A DNA stretch of 64,000 nt from Candidatus Latescibacterota bacterium (GCA_965243025.1 CBDETY010000003.1:3232001-3296000), one strand, 5' to 3'. Positions 39,001 through 48,049 are shown, counted from the stretch's first letter. Translations and numbers: made by a program. The notes: generated from the sequence alone by a model not told the origin.

Positions 39001-39211
39001 GACCGACTCGACGATCACCGGCTACGACACCGAGGTCGCCGCGCGCCCGCTGCGCGGTCTGTCCGCCCCGGGAACCAGCTTCAAGCTGATCCGGTTGAGA
39101 GCCCCCACCTCCCGGGGGACCTACTACTACGGAGCCTGCGTTGAACCTGTCGACGGTGAAGTCGAAACCCGGAACAACTGCTCGCCGGCCGCCGAACTGG
39201 TGGTCCGGTGA
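36026..39211 (+). CDS. Large secreted mosaic protein: carboxypeptidase-regulatory-like/FlgD-Ig, dockerin-like, two YWTD propellers, Ig-like, CARDB-like
   Basis: Signal peptide, QNYPNPFNP near the N-terminus, GDVDANGRVD..GDVNRDGRID, 12 xxYW..RANLDG repeats, PDL..HNRG..YYGACV..NN. Confidence 0.85.
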   Translation: MNHRSRIALLAAGGLCGLLIGVGAAAASGPQVEGWVRLASGQAAAGVQVRLYDLADPTRSLGAATDEAGYFSLAAPHQAWETGALPRRFELFQNYPNPFNPSTTIPYQLPAPARVRLEVFNLLGQRVATLVDEEQQAGLHTAAWNGTDSAGRPVAAGVYLYRLRGGATSGTRRMVLLDGPAAVSGGATASGIPAGQEAPAPVYGLTVSGPGVATHVDPDFRAGPWPVEITVEARAGTPGTAAMKAAANGTRILGDVDANGRVDLLDAILVALYSIDPTTTLPNDGDITLGDVNRDGRIDVADVYLIATYSVDPANPSLPPGIGEPLVPVVEGKMYWVDWGSAKIQRANLDGSQVEDLVTTGLEEPTDLALDLAGGKMYWSDRLTNKIQRANLDGSQVEDLVTEVYGDVWSFALDVDGGKMYWAKAIAEPKIQRANLDGSQVEDLVTVGLFQVAGLALDVAGGKMYWTDHGTNKIQRANLDGSRVEVLLATGLPGAWGLNLDFAGGKMYWVDWLANQIARANLDGSQVEVLLLRGRTTPGSLVLVIPEGKMYWTEREGILRANLDGSQVEELLTSGLDAPRGLALDLAGLPEITLDRPPVLDLVGSQSLEEGETLRIDLAARDPEGTEVTFEVLLDDPGIATVSLSGNQLTISPIAPGGATGTLTASDAGGVFTTQNFSLKVTEPIPESRGRMYWADAGTNKIQRASLDGSRIEDLVTTRLENPAALALDISGGKMYWTDTGTDKIQRSNLDGSQVEDLVTTGLASPNGLALDIAEGMMYWTDAGRSRIMRANLDGSGIQRLDNREVWGIGLDLTEGKLYWTDTERSNIGRSNLNGSNSRILVSRGLNNPRSLALDLARGKVYWGDRGTIRIQRANLGGSPAEDVVVSGLGSPGTGLAIDSREGKMYWTDLGTKKIQRANLDGTRVEDLVTGLSEPQGLALEIVVPEVPDLVAETPSVNPPNPAPGQYFTLSVALHNRGESPAPATTLRYYRSTDSTITGYDTEVAARPLRGLSAPGTSFKLIRLRAPTSRGTYYYGACVEPVDGEVETRNNCSPAAELVVR
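37020..38850 (+). repeat. Coding YWTD repeats with high DNA similarity
   Basis: Recurrent aagatgtactgg and aacctcgacgggtcccaggtcga at a period of about 130 bp, all in frame. Confidence 0.85.
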
Positions 39212-39258
39212 GGTGTGCCGGCGGGGGCGATGCCTGACCTGAGGCGACAGGGTCCGCA

Positions 39259-39311
39259 GGCGCCGCCACGGACGAGACGGGATACTTCTCTCTCGCGGCC
39301 CCGCGCCAGGC
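39259..39311 (+). repeat. Diverged direct copy of 36209-36261 (N-terminal module of the upstream gene)
   Basis: ggcgccgccacggacgagacgggatacttctctctcgcggccccgcgccaggc versus ggcgccgccacggacgaggcgggctacttctctcttgccgccccgcaccaggc. Confidence 0.85.
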
Positions 39312-39351
39312 AGAAGAAACGGTCCCAAGGGGACGAACTCAAGCATATTGT

Positions 39352-39372
39352 CCCCCCCCCCCTCAAAAAAAA
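39352..39372 (+). repeat. Homopolymer pair C11-TC-A8
   Basis: Read directly. It sits at the switch to AT-richer DNA. Confidence 0.9.
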
Positions 39373-39585
39373 CCAATCTCATCAGTTTTGATGATTCGGC
39401 GCTTCGATTTTTGGCGGTTATTCGTCAAGGAACAAGATGGGACGATCCAATTTCGGGGTCAGGTTCGTCAATCTCCGGAACTTCGTGGAAGTGGTTTAAA
39501 CCCAACCGTTTCCTGGAAGGCTGTGTACATGAAGGGATTGCCAAATGAAAAAATCGAGGCGGGGATTTTTTTACCTGTTATTGAG

Positions 39586-40449
39586 GTGAATGATCCAATA
39601 AAATCCAGTGAAGACAAAAAACCGAGGGATTTTTTCAAAGTAATTGGCATATGGTTATGCTTGGTTACTCCCATATTTTCAGAGGAAACAGTTAGTCAAA
39701 TGCTGCCTCTTGCTGTCGGTAACGAATGGACTTATGTCCATGCTTGGTACTCAGGTGGAGCTGGTGATGATTATTTCGGTTACGTTACCGTTCAAATAAC
39801 CGGCACCGAAATTTTCAATGGATCTACTTATTTCATTTTTAGTGAAATGCCATATGATTTCCCTCCAGTTCCTGCTTTCTTTTTGGCCGGTAAGACAGTT
39901 CGTTGGGATGACAACAATCTCCTATTTTTGGAAGATGGAAATGAAAGCGGCGTGGGAATTTACCATTTTGAGGAAGATGCTGGCTATTCTGTGGAGTTGT
40001 ACTCCGAACCAATGCTCTCCCAAGACCAAAGAAGCCAATACGGCATGACGGAAGTATATCCGGACACCATAGCGGAGGTGTCCAAATTGACGTCAAGTCT
40101 CAAGGGAGATATCTATTTTTTTTCCTTTTCAGGTTCGTCACGGTACGACTTGAATGATATTCCGCAAGGGCAATTCCGTTGGCATGAATATCGCACGGTT
40201 GAATTCCGTTGGGGGATAGGATTGTTCCAGTGTACTGTTGATGGACGGAATATATCCCCTCCATCTGATGATCCAACACGGTCCAACTACAGTGACCATC
40301 CGGTAAGGTCAAATATCCTTTTATTGGAATCCGCAACTATTGGAGGAAGAAAATGGGAAGGTCAGTTTTTGGACCCGGCTACATCAATCTCAGGAACTTC
40401 GTGGGGGTTGGCTAAATACAGATTGGGTCGCGAATCACTACAAAAATAG
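39586..40449 (+). CDS. AT-richer secreted hypothetical protein with SWG tag
   Basis: ORF open from 39388, start uncertain (GTG 39586 chosen). Signal-like IGIWLCLVTPIFS, LPLAVGNEWTY, ends TSISGTSWGLAKYRLG... Confidence 0.65.
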   Translation: MNDPIKSSEDKKPRDFFKVIGIWLCLVTPIFSEETVSQMLPLAVGNEWTYVHAWYSGGAGDDYFGYVTVQITGTEIFNGSTYFIFSEMPYDFPPVPAFFLAGKTVRWDDNNLLFLEDGNESGVGIYHFEEDAGYSVELYSEPMLSQDQRSQYGMTEVYPDTIAEVSKLTSSLKGDIYFFSFSGSSRYDLNDIPQGQFRWHEYRTVEFRWGIGLFQCTVDGRNISPPSDDPTRSNYSDHPVRSNILLLESATIGGRKWEGQFLDPATSISGTSWGLAKYRLGRESLQK

Positions 40450-40516
40450 TTCAACACTGAAATACCTTTTCACGGTGTACAGTGATGGTAATTCCCTGGC
40501 ACCTCGTCTTGCTGAA

Positions 40517-40603
40517 GTACAGCTCGATGACGCTGATGGTCCGGTTTTCTCCAGCTACTCCACCTCCCCCATGTGCAAGGGGAGGCAGGGTTGTCCAAGC
40601 GAA
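40517..40603 (-). pseudogene. Fragment of a paralog of the gene at 1..720
   Basis: Translates FAWTTLPPLAHGGGGVAGENRTISVIELY versus FSWTVSPPYGDGGGGVAGENPTVSVIELY (346-432). Confidence 0.8.
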
Positions 40604-40689
40604 TTCTTCCCTCTGCTCAGGGAGCCTTCGTAGAAGCGGGCCGGGTCGTGCCAGGCCAGCCAGATGCGGAAATCCGAAAAAAGTAACGG

Positions 40690-40779
40690 AGCCGGGGCAA
40701 GATGTACTGGACGGATCGCGGCACGAAAAAGATCCGGCGGGCGAACCTCGACGGCACGCGGTCGGAGGACCTCGTCACT
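40690..40779 (+). pseudogene. Orphan single YWTD repeat
   Basis: GKMYWTDRGTKKIRRANLDGTRSEDLVT closely matches the last repeat of 36026..39211. Confidence 0.8.
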
Positions 40780-40857
40780 CACCCCGCCAAAGCCCCCACC
40801 CGCAGACAGGTTCCAACCTGCATCTCCCCGGCGTGGCGGGCACAGCCTTTCAGCGGC

Positions 40858-41751
40858 TCAACCCCCGGCCAGCCCCTGGTGGGCGTAATGCCAGTCCTCC
40901 AGGTGGTTGAGCAGCACTCCTGAAGTCCACGTCGGGGGACGCTGCAGGGCGGCGTGGATCTCCGCCTGTTTGGAGGCGATGTGCTCGCGCTCGAGCAGGC
41001 GCCGGTTGAAGGCCGCCACCGCCCCTTCCTCGACGACACCTTCCCGCCGCACCCAGTCCTCGAATTCGAGGTAGGCCGGCAGCTCCTCGCGGAGGAACGC
41101 CAGGGCGGCGTCCTCATCCACCTGCAGGGTGCGCAGGCAGCGCTGGTCGAGGCTGCCCTCGGCGCAGTCGGGGTAGTCGGGATGCAGCAGCCCCCTGGCG
41201 CGCAGGCAGGTCTTGAGCCAGGTGCGGGGCAGCTGGCAGATCCCCAGGGGGCCCCGGTCGATGCTGCTGAGGACGGGGGCCACGGGTCCGGACAGGCCCG
41301 GCGCCCCGGGAGTGAGGATGCGAGCGAAGACCTGGCGGTGGAACAGCTTCCAGTCCTGCAGGCAGTTGAGCAGCACCGCCGAAACCTCGGTCACCTCCTC
41401 CTGCGGCCAGCCTATGTCGCCGTAGGTCTCGTCGATCTTTTCCGGGATATGGTGGGGGCGCTGCGCCAGGGCCTTGTTCCAGCGCTCGATGCGGGCGTTG
41501 TCCCGGGTGCCTTCGGCGATCGCCCACTCCTCGAACTGCAGGTAGGAAGGGCGCTGGTCCCACAGGAACTGCAGGGTGCTGTCCTGGTCGAGACACAGCA
41601 CCTCCAGCACGTACTTGTCGAGGCCGCCGCTGCAATGGGGGTAGCCGGGGTCGAGCCGCCCGGCCTGGTGGAGGAGGTTCTTCCACCACAGGCGCGGCAG
41701 CTGGGCCACGCCGAGCGGGCCCTTGCACAGGGTGCTGATCAATGGTATCAC
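40858..41751 (-). CDS. Protein of two tandem DUF5069-like domains
   Basis: Two copies of GPLG..QLPR.W.K..L.P.YP.C..LD..P.YL.FE.W..L.DW. Confidence 0.7.
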   Translation of the reverse strand: MIPLISTLCKGPLGVAQLPRLWWKNLLHQAGRLDPGYPHCSGGLDKYVLEVLCLDQDSTLQFLWDQRPSYLQFEEWAIAEGTRDNARIERWNKALAQRPHHIPEKIDETYGDIGWPQEEVTEVSAVLLNCLQDWKLFHRQVFARILTPGAPGLSGPVAPVLSSIDRGPLGICQLPRTWLKTCLRARGLLHPDYPDCAEGSLDQRCLRTLQVDEDAALAFLREELPAYLEFEDWVRREGVVEEGAVAAFNRRLLEREHIASKQAEIHAALQRPPTWTSGVLLNHLEDWHYAHQGLAGG

Positions 41752-41764
41752 GTTTCCGCTCCTT

Positions 41765-43147
41765 TCAGACGATCTCCGCTCCCCAGAACCCCAGCATCGG
41801 CAGGAAGCGCTCCATGTCCGCGGGCACGGTGGCCGGGTCCTTGCCGCAGCCGCCGTGGACCCGGGGCTCCCCTTGCAGGGGCCGTTCCAGAATCAGCTCG
41901 ACGCGGTGGTCCTGCGGGTAGACCACCTTTGTCACCGGCACCTCGCCCGCCTCATCCTCGACCCGGAAGCTGTCGGCCTCCGGGTCGATGCTGTCCATGC
42001 GACTCTCGACGTCGGCAAACTCCAGCTCGACTCGGTCCCCCCGCCTCCGGGCCGCGGCCAGGTCCGGCGCCTTCCAGGCCACCTGCCTGCCGTACGCCAG
42101 CCCCAGGGCCGCCTGCGCCAGCCGCTCCCCCAGGAGCATGTTGCCGGCGGGGCTGGTGTGGATGAGGTCCGAAAGCGGCAGGTCGAGGGCCGGCACCACA
42201 CCTACACCCGGGGTTTGCCTGGCAACCTGCCGCTGCGCTTCGCGCACCTGGCTCCAGCGCCGGTCGGCATCCGGGTCCGCGGGTTGGTACACGCGGTTCA
42301 GCTGCACGGTGAGCACCGGCAGCTCCGGGGCCGCGAGGGCTTCCCGCCAGGCGGCGAGCGCCCGCCGGAAACGCTGCGCATAGCTGGCCGCGTCGGCATC
42401 GGTCCCGGTATCGCTCTCCCCCTGGTACCACACGATCCCCCGGACCTTTCCCCCGACTTTCCCCACGCACCGCACCATGTTGTCGAACAGGTCCGCGGCC
42501 CCGGGCTCGTCCGGATTCCACCGGCTGAGCGGGGAGCCCCCCAGCGAGGTCTGCACCAGACCCACCGGGTGGGAGAGCGTCCTTTTGAGGGTGCGCGCGA
42601 ACTGCAGGTAGGGGGAGTGCCCCGGGTTGGCGGCCTCCCGGTTCACGGCGTGCCGGGTTTCGGTCGATTCGTTCATGGGGTGCGCGGCCAGGGCCCACTG
42701 CTCGCTGTTCCTGAACAGGTGCACACCCAGTTCGGGCGGGTCCTCGTACGGGCCGCGGCCGTACCCGGCGGAGTTGCTCTGCCCGGCGATCACCCACAGA
42801 TCCCCGGTTCCCAGGAAGTGCCGCATGTCGCCCCGGGGCGACCATTCCCCGGCCGGGTTCTCGGCGGTCCGCAGCCGCGTCTCCAGCCGGTACAGCCCTC
42901 CCGCGGGTATGTTCTCCAACACCGCTTTCCAGGCGCCGCCCTTTTCGGTCGGTACCGGCTGCCAGTCCAAGCCGGCCGCAACCGCCGCCCCGGTATCCTC
43001 CCGCACCAGGCGCACCTCCACCTGTCCGGCGGTCTCGAACTTCCACTTCCCCTGCAGCTCGATCCTCCCCTTCCCCCGCCCGTCCTGCTGCAGGATCTGC
43101 CAGTCCGCCGGCCCACGCTCGATTATCGCACCGATCTGCTCTTCCAT
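41765..43147 (-). CDS. Sialate O-acetylesterase (SASA, SGNH hydrolase)
   Basis: GDLWVIAGQSN, WYQGESD, DLIH. Confidence 0.88.
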   Translation of the reverse strand: MEEQIGAIIERGPADWQILQQDGRGKGRIELQGKWKFETAGQVEVRLVREDTGAAVAAGLDWQPVPTEKGGAWKAVLENIPAGGLYRLETRLRTAENPAGEWSPRGDMRHFLGTGDLWVIAGQSNSAGYGRGPYEDPPELGVHLFRNSEQWALAAHPMNESTETRHAVNREAANPGHSPYLQFARTLKRTLSHPVGLVQTSLGGSPLSRWNPDEPGAADLFDNMVRCVGKVGGKVRGIVWYQGESDTGTDADAASYAQRFRRALAAWREALAAPELPVLTVQLNRVYQPADPDADRRWSQVREAQRQVARQTPGVGVVPALDLPLSDLIHTSPAGNMLLGERLAQAALGLAYGRQVAWKAPDLAAARRRGDRVELEFADVESRMDSIDPEADSFRVEDEAGEVPVTKVVYPQDHRVELILERPLQGEPRVHGGCGKDPATVPADMERFLPMLGFWGAEIV

Positions 43148-43193
43148 TCCCTGCCTTCCCGCAAGAATCCAATTCTCATCGGGGACCGGCCCC

Positions 43194-44828
43194 TTACCCG
43201 CCCAGCCGCTCCCTGAGCAGCGCCGCCACCTCCCCGTGCCCCTCCTTCTCGGCCCGGTGGAGCGGCTGCGCCCAGGGCGACTGCGCAGGCGCGGCCGGGT
43301 CGGCGCCCTGCTCCAGCAGGAACCGCGCCATCTCCTCCTGTCCCGCGCGCGCCGCGGCGGCCAGGGGCGTGCCCCCGTACTCGAGCTCGACCGCGTCGAT
43401 GTCGGCCCCGGATTCCAGGTAGACGCGGGCGGCGGCGACGTCCCCCTTTTCCGCGCAGCCGTGCAGGAAGGTGCGGCCGATCCAGTTGGGGCGGTCGAGG
43501 TCGAGGCCGCGGCCGGCAAGGGCGCGGATCGTGTCGGGGTCGGAAGGGTAGTTGCCGCCCCAGATGTCGGTAAGCTGGAGAAGCTCTCCTGCATTCGGCA
43601 CGGTTTCCAGGAAAAGTCCGATGAGCCCGGGATTGTCGCGCCCCATCACCTCGTGCAGCAGTTGCGGGTCCGCAACCCCCTGCTTCCCCTCGCGCAGGGC
43701 CCGTTCCAGCTCGGCGTCGTCCATGGCATACGAGGGGGTCACCGCTCCGTGCCCGCGCAGCAGGGCCTGCATCGGACCGCCCTTCTCTCCGTGGTTGTGC
43801 TCGACGATGGTCAGGCAGGTGCCGGAGGAGTCGACCCCGGCGTTGGGATCGGCGCCGCGTTCGAGCAGCAGTCTCGCCGTCTCCAGGTGGTTTCCCGCGG
43901 AAGCGCCGAACAGGGCCCCGCCCTGAGGCGCGAGTTCCTCGGGCCGGTTGGGATCGGCGCCGTGGCCCAGCAGTTTTTCGACGATCCGGGTATGGCCGTT
44001 GCGGGCCGCGCAGGAGAGCGGACTTCGCCTTCCGGCATCGAGGTCGCGGGCCTGGGCGGGATCGGCCGCCAGCACCGCATCGACGCGGTCCTCGTCGCCG
44101 GCGGCGCAGGCAATGCTCAGGGCGTACTCGGCGCCGCATTCCAGCAGGTGGCGGGTGACCGTCCAGGAGTCCTGCGGGGCTTCCGGGGGCAGGTCGCGGG
44201 TCCGGTACCAGTAGTCGCCGTTGAGCGAGACCAGCAGCGGAGTCTGGCCGTCGGCGCGGCCGGCTTCGAGGTCCGCTCCCCGGGAGACGAGGAGATCCAC
44301 CAGGTCGTTCTGGCGCGTCAGCGCCGCCCAGTGCAGCGGCCCGTTTCCCAGGGCGTCCGCGGCGCGGATGAAACCGGGGTGCCCGGCCAGCAGCGCCTCG
44401 ACCCGGTCGCGGGCGCGGTCCTTGATCGCCTCTGCCAGCGCGGCAAACCCCGGATCGTAGCCGAAGCGCTCGCGCATCGCCGCCGCCAGCAGCGCCCGCA
44501 CCTCCCGGTAGCCGCGCTCCTCCGCCACGGCAAGCAGTTTGTCCCACGAGTTGCCGGTGTAGCGCGACTGTCCGGGATCGGCCCCCGCCCGCAGCAGCAG
44601 CTCCACCACCTCGGCGCGACCCTCGCGCACCGCCATGTGAACGGGGAACTGGTACCAGTGCTGGGCGTTGACCAGCCTCGGGTCGCGGTCGAGCAAGGCC
44701 CTGACCTGAGCAGTATCCCCTGCCCCGCTGGCGCAGAACAGCGCCCAGGCATCGTTCCCGTCCACCGTCTCCACCCCGTACTGGTAGCGCCCGGTCTTCA
44801 TGCTTTCCGGCTGGGCAAGCCGGGCCAT
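43194..44828 (-). CDS. Ankyrin-repeat protein
   Basis: GPLHWAA, GQTPL, SPLSCAA..GH, TFLH, GTPLAAAA, PLHRA with GADPN-type linkers. Confidence 0.9.
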   Translation of the reverse strand: MARLAQPESMKTGRYQYGVETVDGNDAWALFCASGAGDTAQVRALLDRDPRLVNAQHWYQFPVHMAVREGRAEVVELLLRAGADPGQSRYTGNSWDKLLAVAEERGYREVRALLAAAMRERFGYDPGFAALAEAIKDRARDRVEALLAGHPGFIRAADALGNGPLHWAALTRQNDLVDLLVSRGADLEAGRADGQTPLLVSLNGDYWYRTRDLPPEAPQDSWTVTRHLLECGAEYALSIACAAGDEDRVDAVLAADPAQARDLDAGRRSPLSCAARNGHTRIVEKLLGHGADPNRPEELAPQGGALFGASAGNHLETARLLLERGADPNAGVDSSGTCLTIVEHNHGEKGGPMQALLRGHGAVTPSYAMDDAELERALREGKQGVADPQLLHEVMGRDNPGLIGLFLETVPNAGELLQLTDIWGGNYPSDPDTIRALAGRGLDLDRPNWIGRTFLHGCAEKGDVAAARVYLESGADIDAVELEYGGTPLAAAARAGQEEMARFLLEQGADPAAPAQSPWAQPLHRAEKEGHGEVAALLRERLGG

Positions 44829-44884
44829 TCGCTGCGCGAAACCCTCCCCGGAAGGAGGAGCCCGCCGCCGCGGTTCCCGTCCGC

Positions 44885-45877
44885 TCATTCTATGGATTCC
44901 ATGCGCGCGTCGGACGCACCTACCGGGCAGGTATGGACCTCGACCGCCACGTGCACGAGGCCGAGGTTGCCGGGAATGCGCTCCTTGTACTGTCCCGGCA
45001 TCGCGGGACGGTGGGCCACGACGGCGATCAGGGCCGAGTAGATATCCGGACCGATGGACCACAGGTGGAGGTCGGTGACCTTGCTGTCCCCGTCCTGTTC
45101 GATGCTGTCGGTGATCCGGTCGCGGATCGATTCGGGACCCTGCCTGTCGAGGAGAATCCCGCTGGTGGTTCGCAGCAGGCCGAACGACCAGCTGGCCACG
45201 AGCACGGCGCCGACGATCCCCACCGCCGGATCCATCCACGCCAACCCGTAATACTTGGCGGAAAGCAGGGCGGCGATCGCCAGCAGCGACGTCAGGGCGT
45301 CGGCCAGCACGTGCAGGTAGGCGGCCTTCAGGTTGTGGTCGTGGTGCCCGTGATCGTGGTGCCCGTGATGGTGATGGTCGTGCCCATGGCCGCCGTGTCC
45401 ATGGTCGTGCCCATGGCGGCCGTCCCCCCGGAGGATGAAGGCGCTGGCTCCGTTGACGAGCAGCCCGGCTACGGCCACCAGCAGGGCCTGATCGAAGATT
45501 ATCTCCACCGGATGCAGGAGCCGGTCGCAGCTCTCCCAGGCCATCAGCAGGGCGAACAGGGCCAGCAGCAGGGCGCCGGTGAACCCCCCCAGGGCGTTGA
45601 CCTTGCCGGTGCCGAGGGTGAACCCCTGGTCGTGGGCGTGGCGCCGCGCATAGATGTAGGCCAGCGCCGCGATCCCGAGGGCCGCGGCATGCGAAGCCAT
45701 GTGCAGACCGTCGGCCAGCAAGGCCATCGATCCCGTGAGGATTCCGGCGGCGATCTCGACCGCCATCATGGTGCCGGTGACGGCGATGACGATCAGCGTC
45801 CTGCGCTCCCCCGGCCGTTTCAGATCCTGCCCGAACGTATGGCCGTGCCGCCAGACATGAAGGTTGTCAGTGTGCAT
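44885..45877 (-). CDS. dmeF: CDF-family Co/Ni efflux transporter
   Basis: GSMALLADGLHM, His-rich loop, HNLKAAYLHVLADALTS, DLHLW. Confidence 0.85.
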   Translation of the reverse strand: MHTDNLHVWRHGHTFGQDLKRPGERRTLIVIAVTGTMMAVEIAAGILTGSMALLADGLHMASHAAALGIAALAYIYARRHAHDQGFTLGTGKVNALGGFTGALLLALFALLMAWESCDRLLHPVEIIFDQALLVAVAGLLVNGASAFILRGDGRHGHDHGHGGHGHDHHHHGHHDHGHHDHNLKAAYLHVLADALTSLLAIAALLSAKYYGLAWMDPAVGIVGAVLVASWSFGLLRTTSGILLDRQGPESIRDRITDSIEQDGDSKVTDLHLWSIGPDIYSALIAVVAHRPAMPGQYKERIPGNLGLVHVAVEVHTCPVGASDARMESIE

Positions 45878-46072
45878 TCCCTGTCGCTCCCCGGTTTCGG
45901 CAAGCTCCGTTCCGCTTTACCCAGGTTTCAAAATGCAAGGCGATTCCCTTCCCGCTCCCGCCAGCCAGCCCCCTTCCAGTGTCGCGTCCCAGGAATCCCT
46001 TGCCGTTTCCGGCGACGATCCATCCCGCCTGAGCCACGGGATTTTTCAGTTACGTGGGACGCGACAGATCGT

Positions 46073-48049
46073 TTACTGATCGCCGACACGGTCCAACGCC
46101 TCCGGCAGCCCCGGCACGGACTCCGCCCCGGCCGGGACGGTTATCGAGGAACCTGCCAGGTCGTCCCCGGCCGGCTCGTAACGGCCGCCCAGGCAGCTCG
46201 CCAGGAAAGCCTCGGTCACCGCGAAGAAGGAGAGGTTGTTCTCCGGACGGGCGAAACCGTGGCCCTCGTCCGGGTAGAGGACGTAGGTCACCGGGATCTC
46301 CTTCTCCCGCATCGCCTGCACGATCTGGTCCGACTCCGACTGCTTCACCCTGGGATCGTTGGCGCCCTGGCCGATCAGCAGGGGGCGGCGGATGCGGTCG
46401 ACGTGCGTCAGGGGTGACCGCTGCTGCAGGAACTCCCGGCCCTCCTCCGTCCGGTGGTCCCCGACGCGGCTGGCGAACAAGTCGACCTGGGGCTCCCAGT
46501 AGGGCGGTATGGACTCGAGCAGGGTGACCAGGTTGGAAGGGCCGACGATGTCGACGCCGCAGGCGAAGGTCTCCGGGGTGAAGGTCATGCCCACCAGGGT
46601 GGCGTAACCGCCGTAGCTGCCGCCCATTACCGCCACCCGCTCCGGGTCGGCGATACCCTGGGCGACCGCCCAGTTCACCGCGTCGATCAGGTCGTCGTGC
46701 ATCCTGCCGGCCCATTCGCGGTTGGCGGCGTTGACGAACTGCTTCCCGAACCCGGTGGAGCCGCGGAAGTTCACGCTGAGGACGGCGTAGCCGCGGTTGG
46801 CCAGCAGCTGAAAACCCGGGTCGTACCCCCATGCATCCCGCCCCCAGGGACCGCCGTGCACCATCAGCACCATCGGTGCCGGCCGGGCGGGGCGGCCGCT
46901 GCCGTCCGGGTCCGTTTCCCGGGGCAGGGAGTAATAGCAGACCAGGTCGAGCCCGTCCCGGGACGGGATCACCGCCGGATGCATCTTCACCAGGGGCAGT
47001 CCCTCCAGGGCGCTGCGGTTGGTGAACAGGAACCGGGCTTCCCCGCGCCCGCGCAAATACCGGTAGTAGCGCACCGGTCCGTCGTCGAGCAGGTACGCGA
47101 CGATCCAGCAGCTGTCGTCCAGGGTGCGGCTGACCACCTCGATTTCGCCGGGAGCGACCGTTTCCAGGTATTCCAGGTCCTGGGCAATCAACTCGTCGAG
47201 GACCTTCCAGCTCTTCCGTTCGTAGTTGAAGGAAACGGCCTGGATCGTCTTTTCCGTGGGATGGACCATGACGCCGCCCGCGTCCGAGCGGGGGTCGGCG
47301 GCCAGCACGGTCTCGGCGCCGGCGTCCAGGTCCAGGGATTTCAGGGCCGCGGTGTTCCTGGCCCGGCTGTCGGTCATGTAGAGCACCCTGCCGCTGCGGT
47401 CGAAGCCCATGGGCCAGGTGGTCATCGAGTCCTCCATGCCTATGGCGAACAGGGAGACCCACTCGTTGTCCCCTGTTTTCCGCAGGTACTCGGAACCGCC
47501 GTCGGGGGTCTGGCGGACGCCGAACCGCAGGTTGAACCCCTCGTCGGTGACGAACCAGGAAAACTGCTCGTTGCGCTGCACCAGGGTGCGTTCCCCGGTA
47601 GCCAGGTCGATGCGGTGGATGTCGTGGAACCGGGGGTCGCGGTCGTTGAGGCCGACCAGGAGATGCCGCGGATGCTGCGGGCTGACCTGCTGAACCTCGG
47701 CGCGCACCCCTTCGATCGGGGTCAGGTCCCGGATCTCGCCGGAGTCGAGGTCGACGGTGTATATGTGCCAGTTCTCGTCGCCGTCGCTGTCCTGCAGGTA
47801 GACGATCCGGGAAGGGGAGTAGGTCCAGGAGTACATGCGGACCCCCCGGCCGGTGTCCCTGGTGACCGGACGGGCTTCGGCCGGCTTCTCCGCCGGAGCC
47901 GCCCAGACGTTGAGCACGCCCTCGACCGGGGCCAGCCAGCCGAGCCAGGCGCCGTCCGGACTGATCTGCGGCGATGCCTTGTCCGGGTTGCCGAGGAAAA
48001 CCTGCCGCCGAATCAGCCGCGGGGCATCATTCCGGACCGGGGAATTCAT
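46073..48049 (-). CDS. S9 prolyl oligopeptidase / dipeptidyl aminopeptidase
   Basis: VHGGPW, NFRGSTG, GGSYGG, GANDPRV, DEGHGF. Confidence 0.93.
   Translation of the reverse strand: MNSPVRNDAPRLIRRQVFLGNPDKASPQISPDGAWLGWLAPVEGVLNVWAAPAEKPAEARPVTRDTGRGVRMYSWTYSPSRIVYLQDSDGDENWHIYTVDLDSGEIRDLTPIEGVRAEVQQVSPQHPRHLLVGLNDRDPRFHDIHRIDLATGERTLVQRNEQFSWFVTDEGFNLRFGVRQTPDGGSEYLRKTGDNEWVSLFAIGMEDSMTTWPMGFDRSGRVLYMTDSRARNTAALKSLDLDAGAETVLAADPRSDAGGVMVHPTEKTIQAVSFNYERKSWKVLDELIAQDLEYLETVAPGEIEVVSRTLDDSCWIVAYLLDDGPVRYYRYLRGRGEARFLFTNRSALEGLPLVKMHPAVIPSRDGLDLVCYYSLPRETDPDGSGRPARPAPMVLMVHGGPWGRDAWGYDPGFQLLANRGYAVLSVNFRGSTGFGKQFVNAANREWAGRMHDDLIDAVNWAVAQGIADPERVAVMGGSYGGYATLVGMTFTPETFACGVDIVGPSNLVTLLESIPPYWEPQVDLFASRVGDHRTEEGREFLQQRSPLTHVDRIRRPLLIGQGANDPRVKQSESDQIVQAMREKEIPVTYVLYPDEGHGFARPENNLSFFAVTEAFLASCLGGRYEPAGDDLAGSSITVPAGAESVPGLPEALDRVGDQ

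Noticed and set aside
39212-40857. Diversity-generating retroelement or integron explanation for the repeats
   Set aside because: There is no reverse transcriptase or integrase in the window, the mismatches are not adenine-specific, and I recognised no attC-like sites.
45330-45425. Short tandem repeats
   Set aside because: They encode the normal His-rich loop of the CDF transporter.
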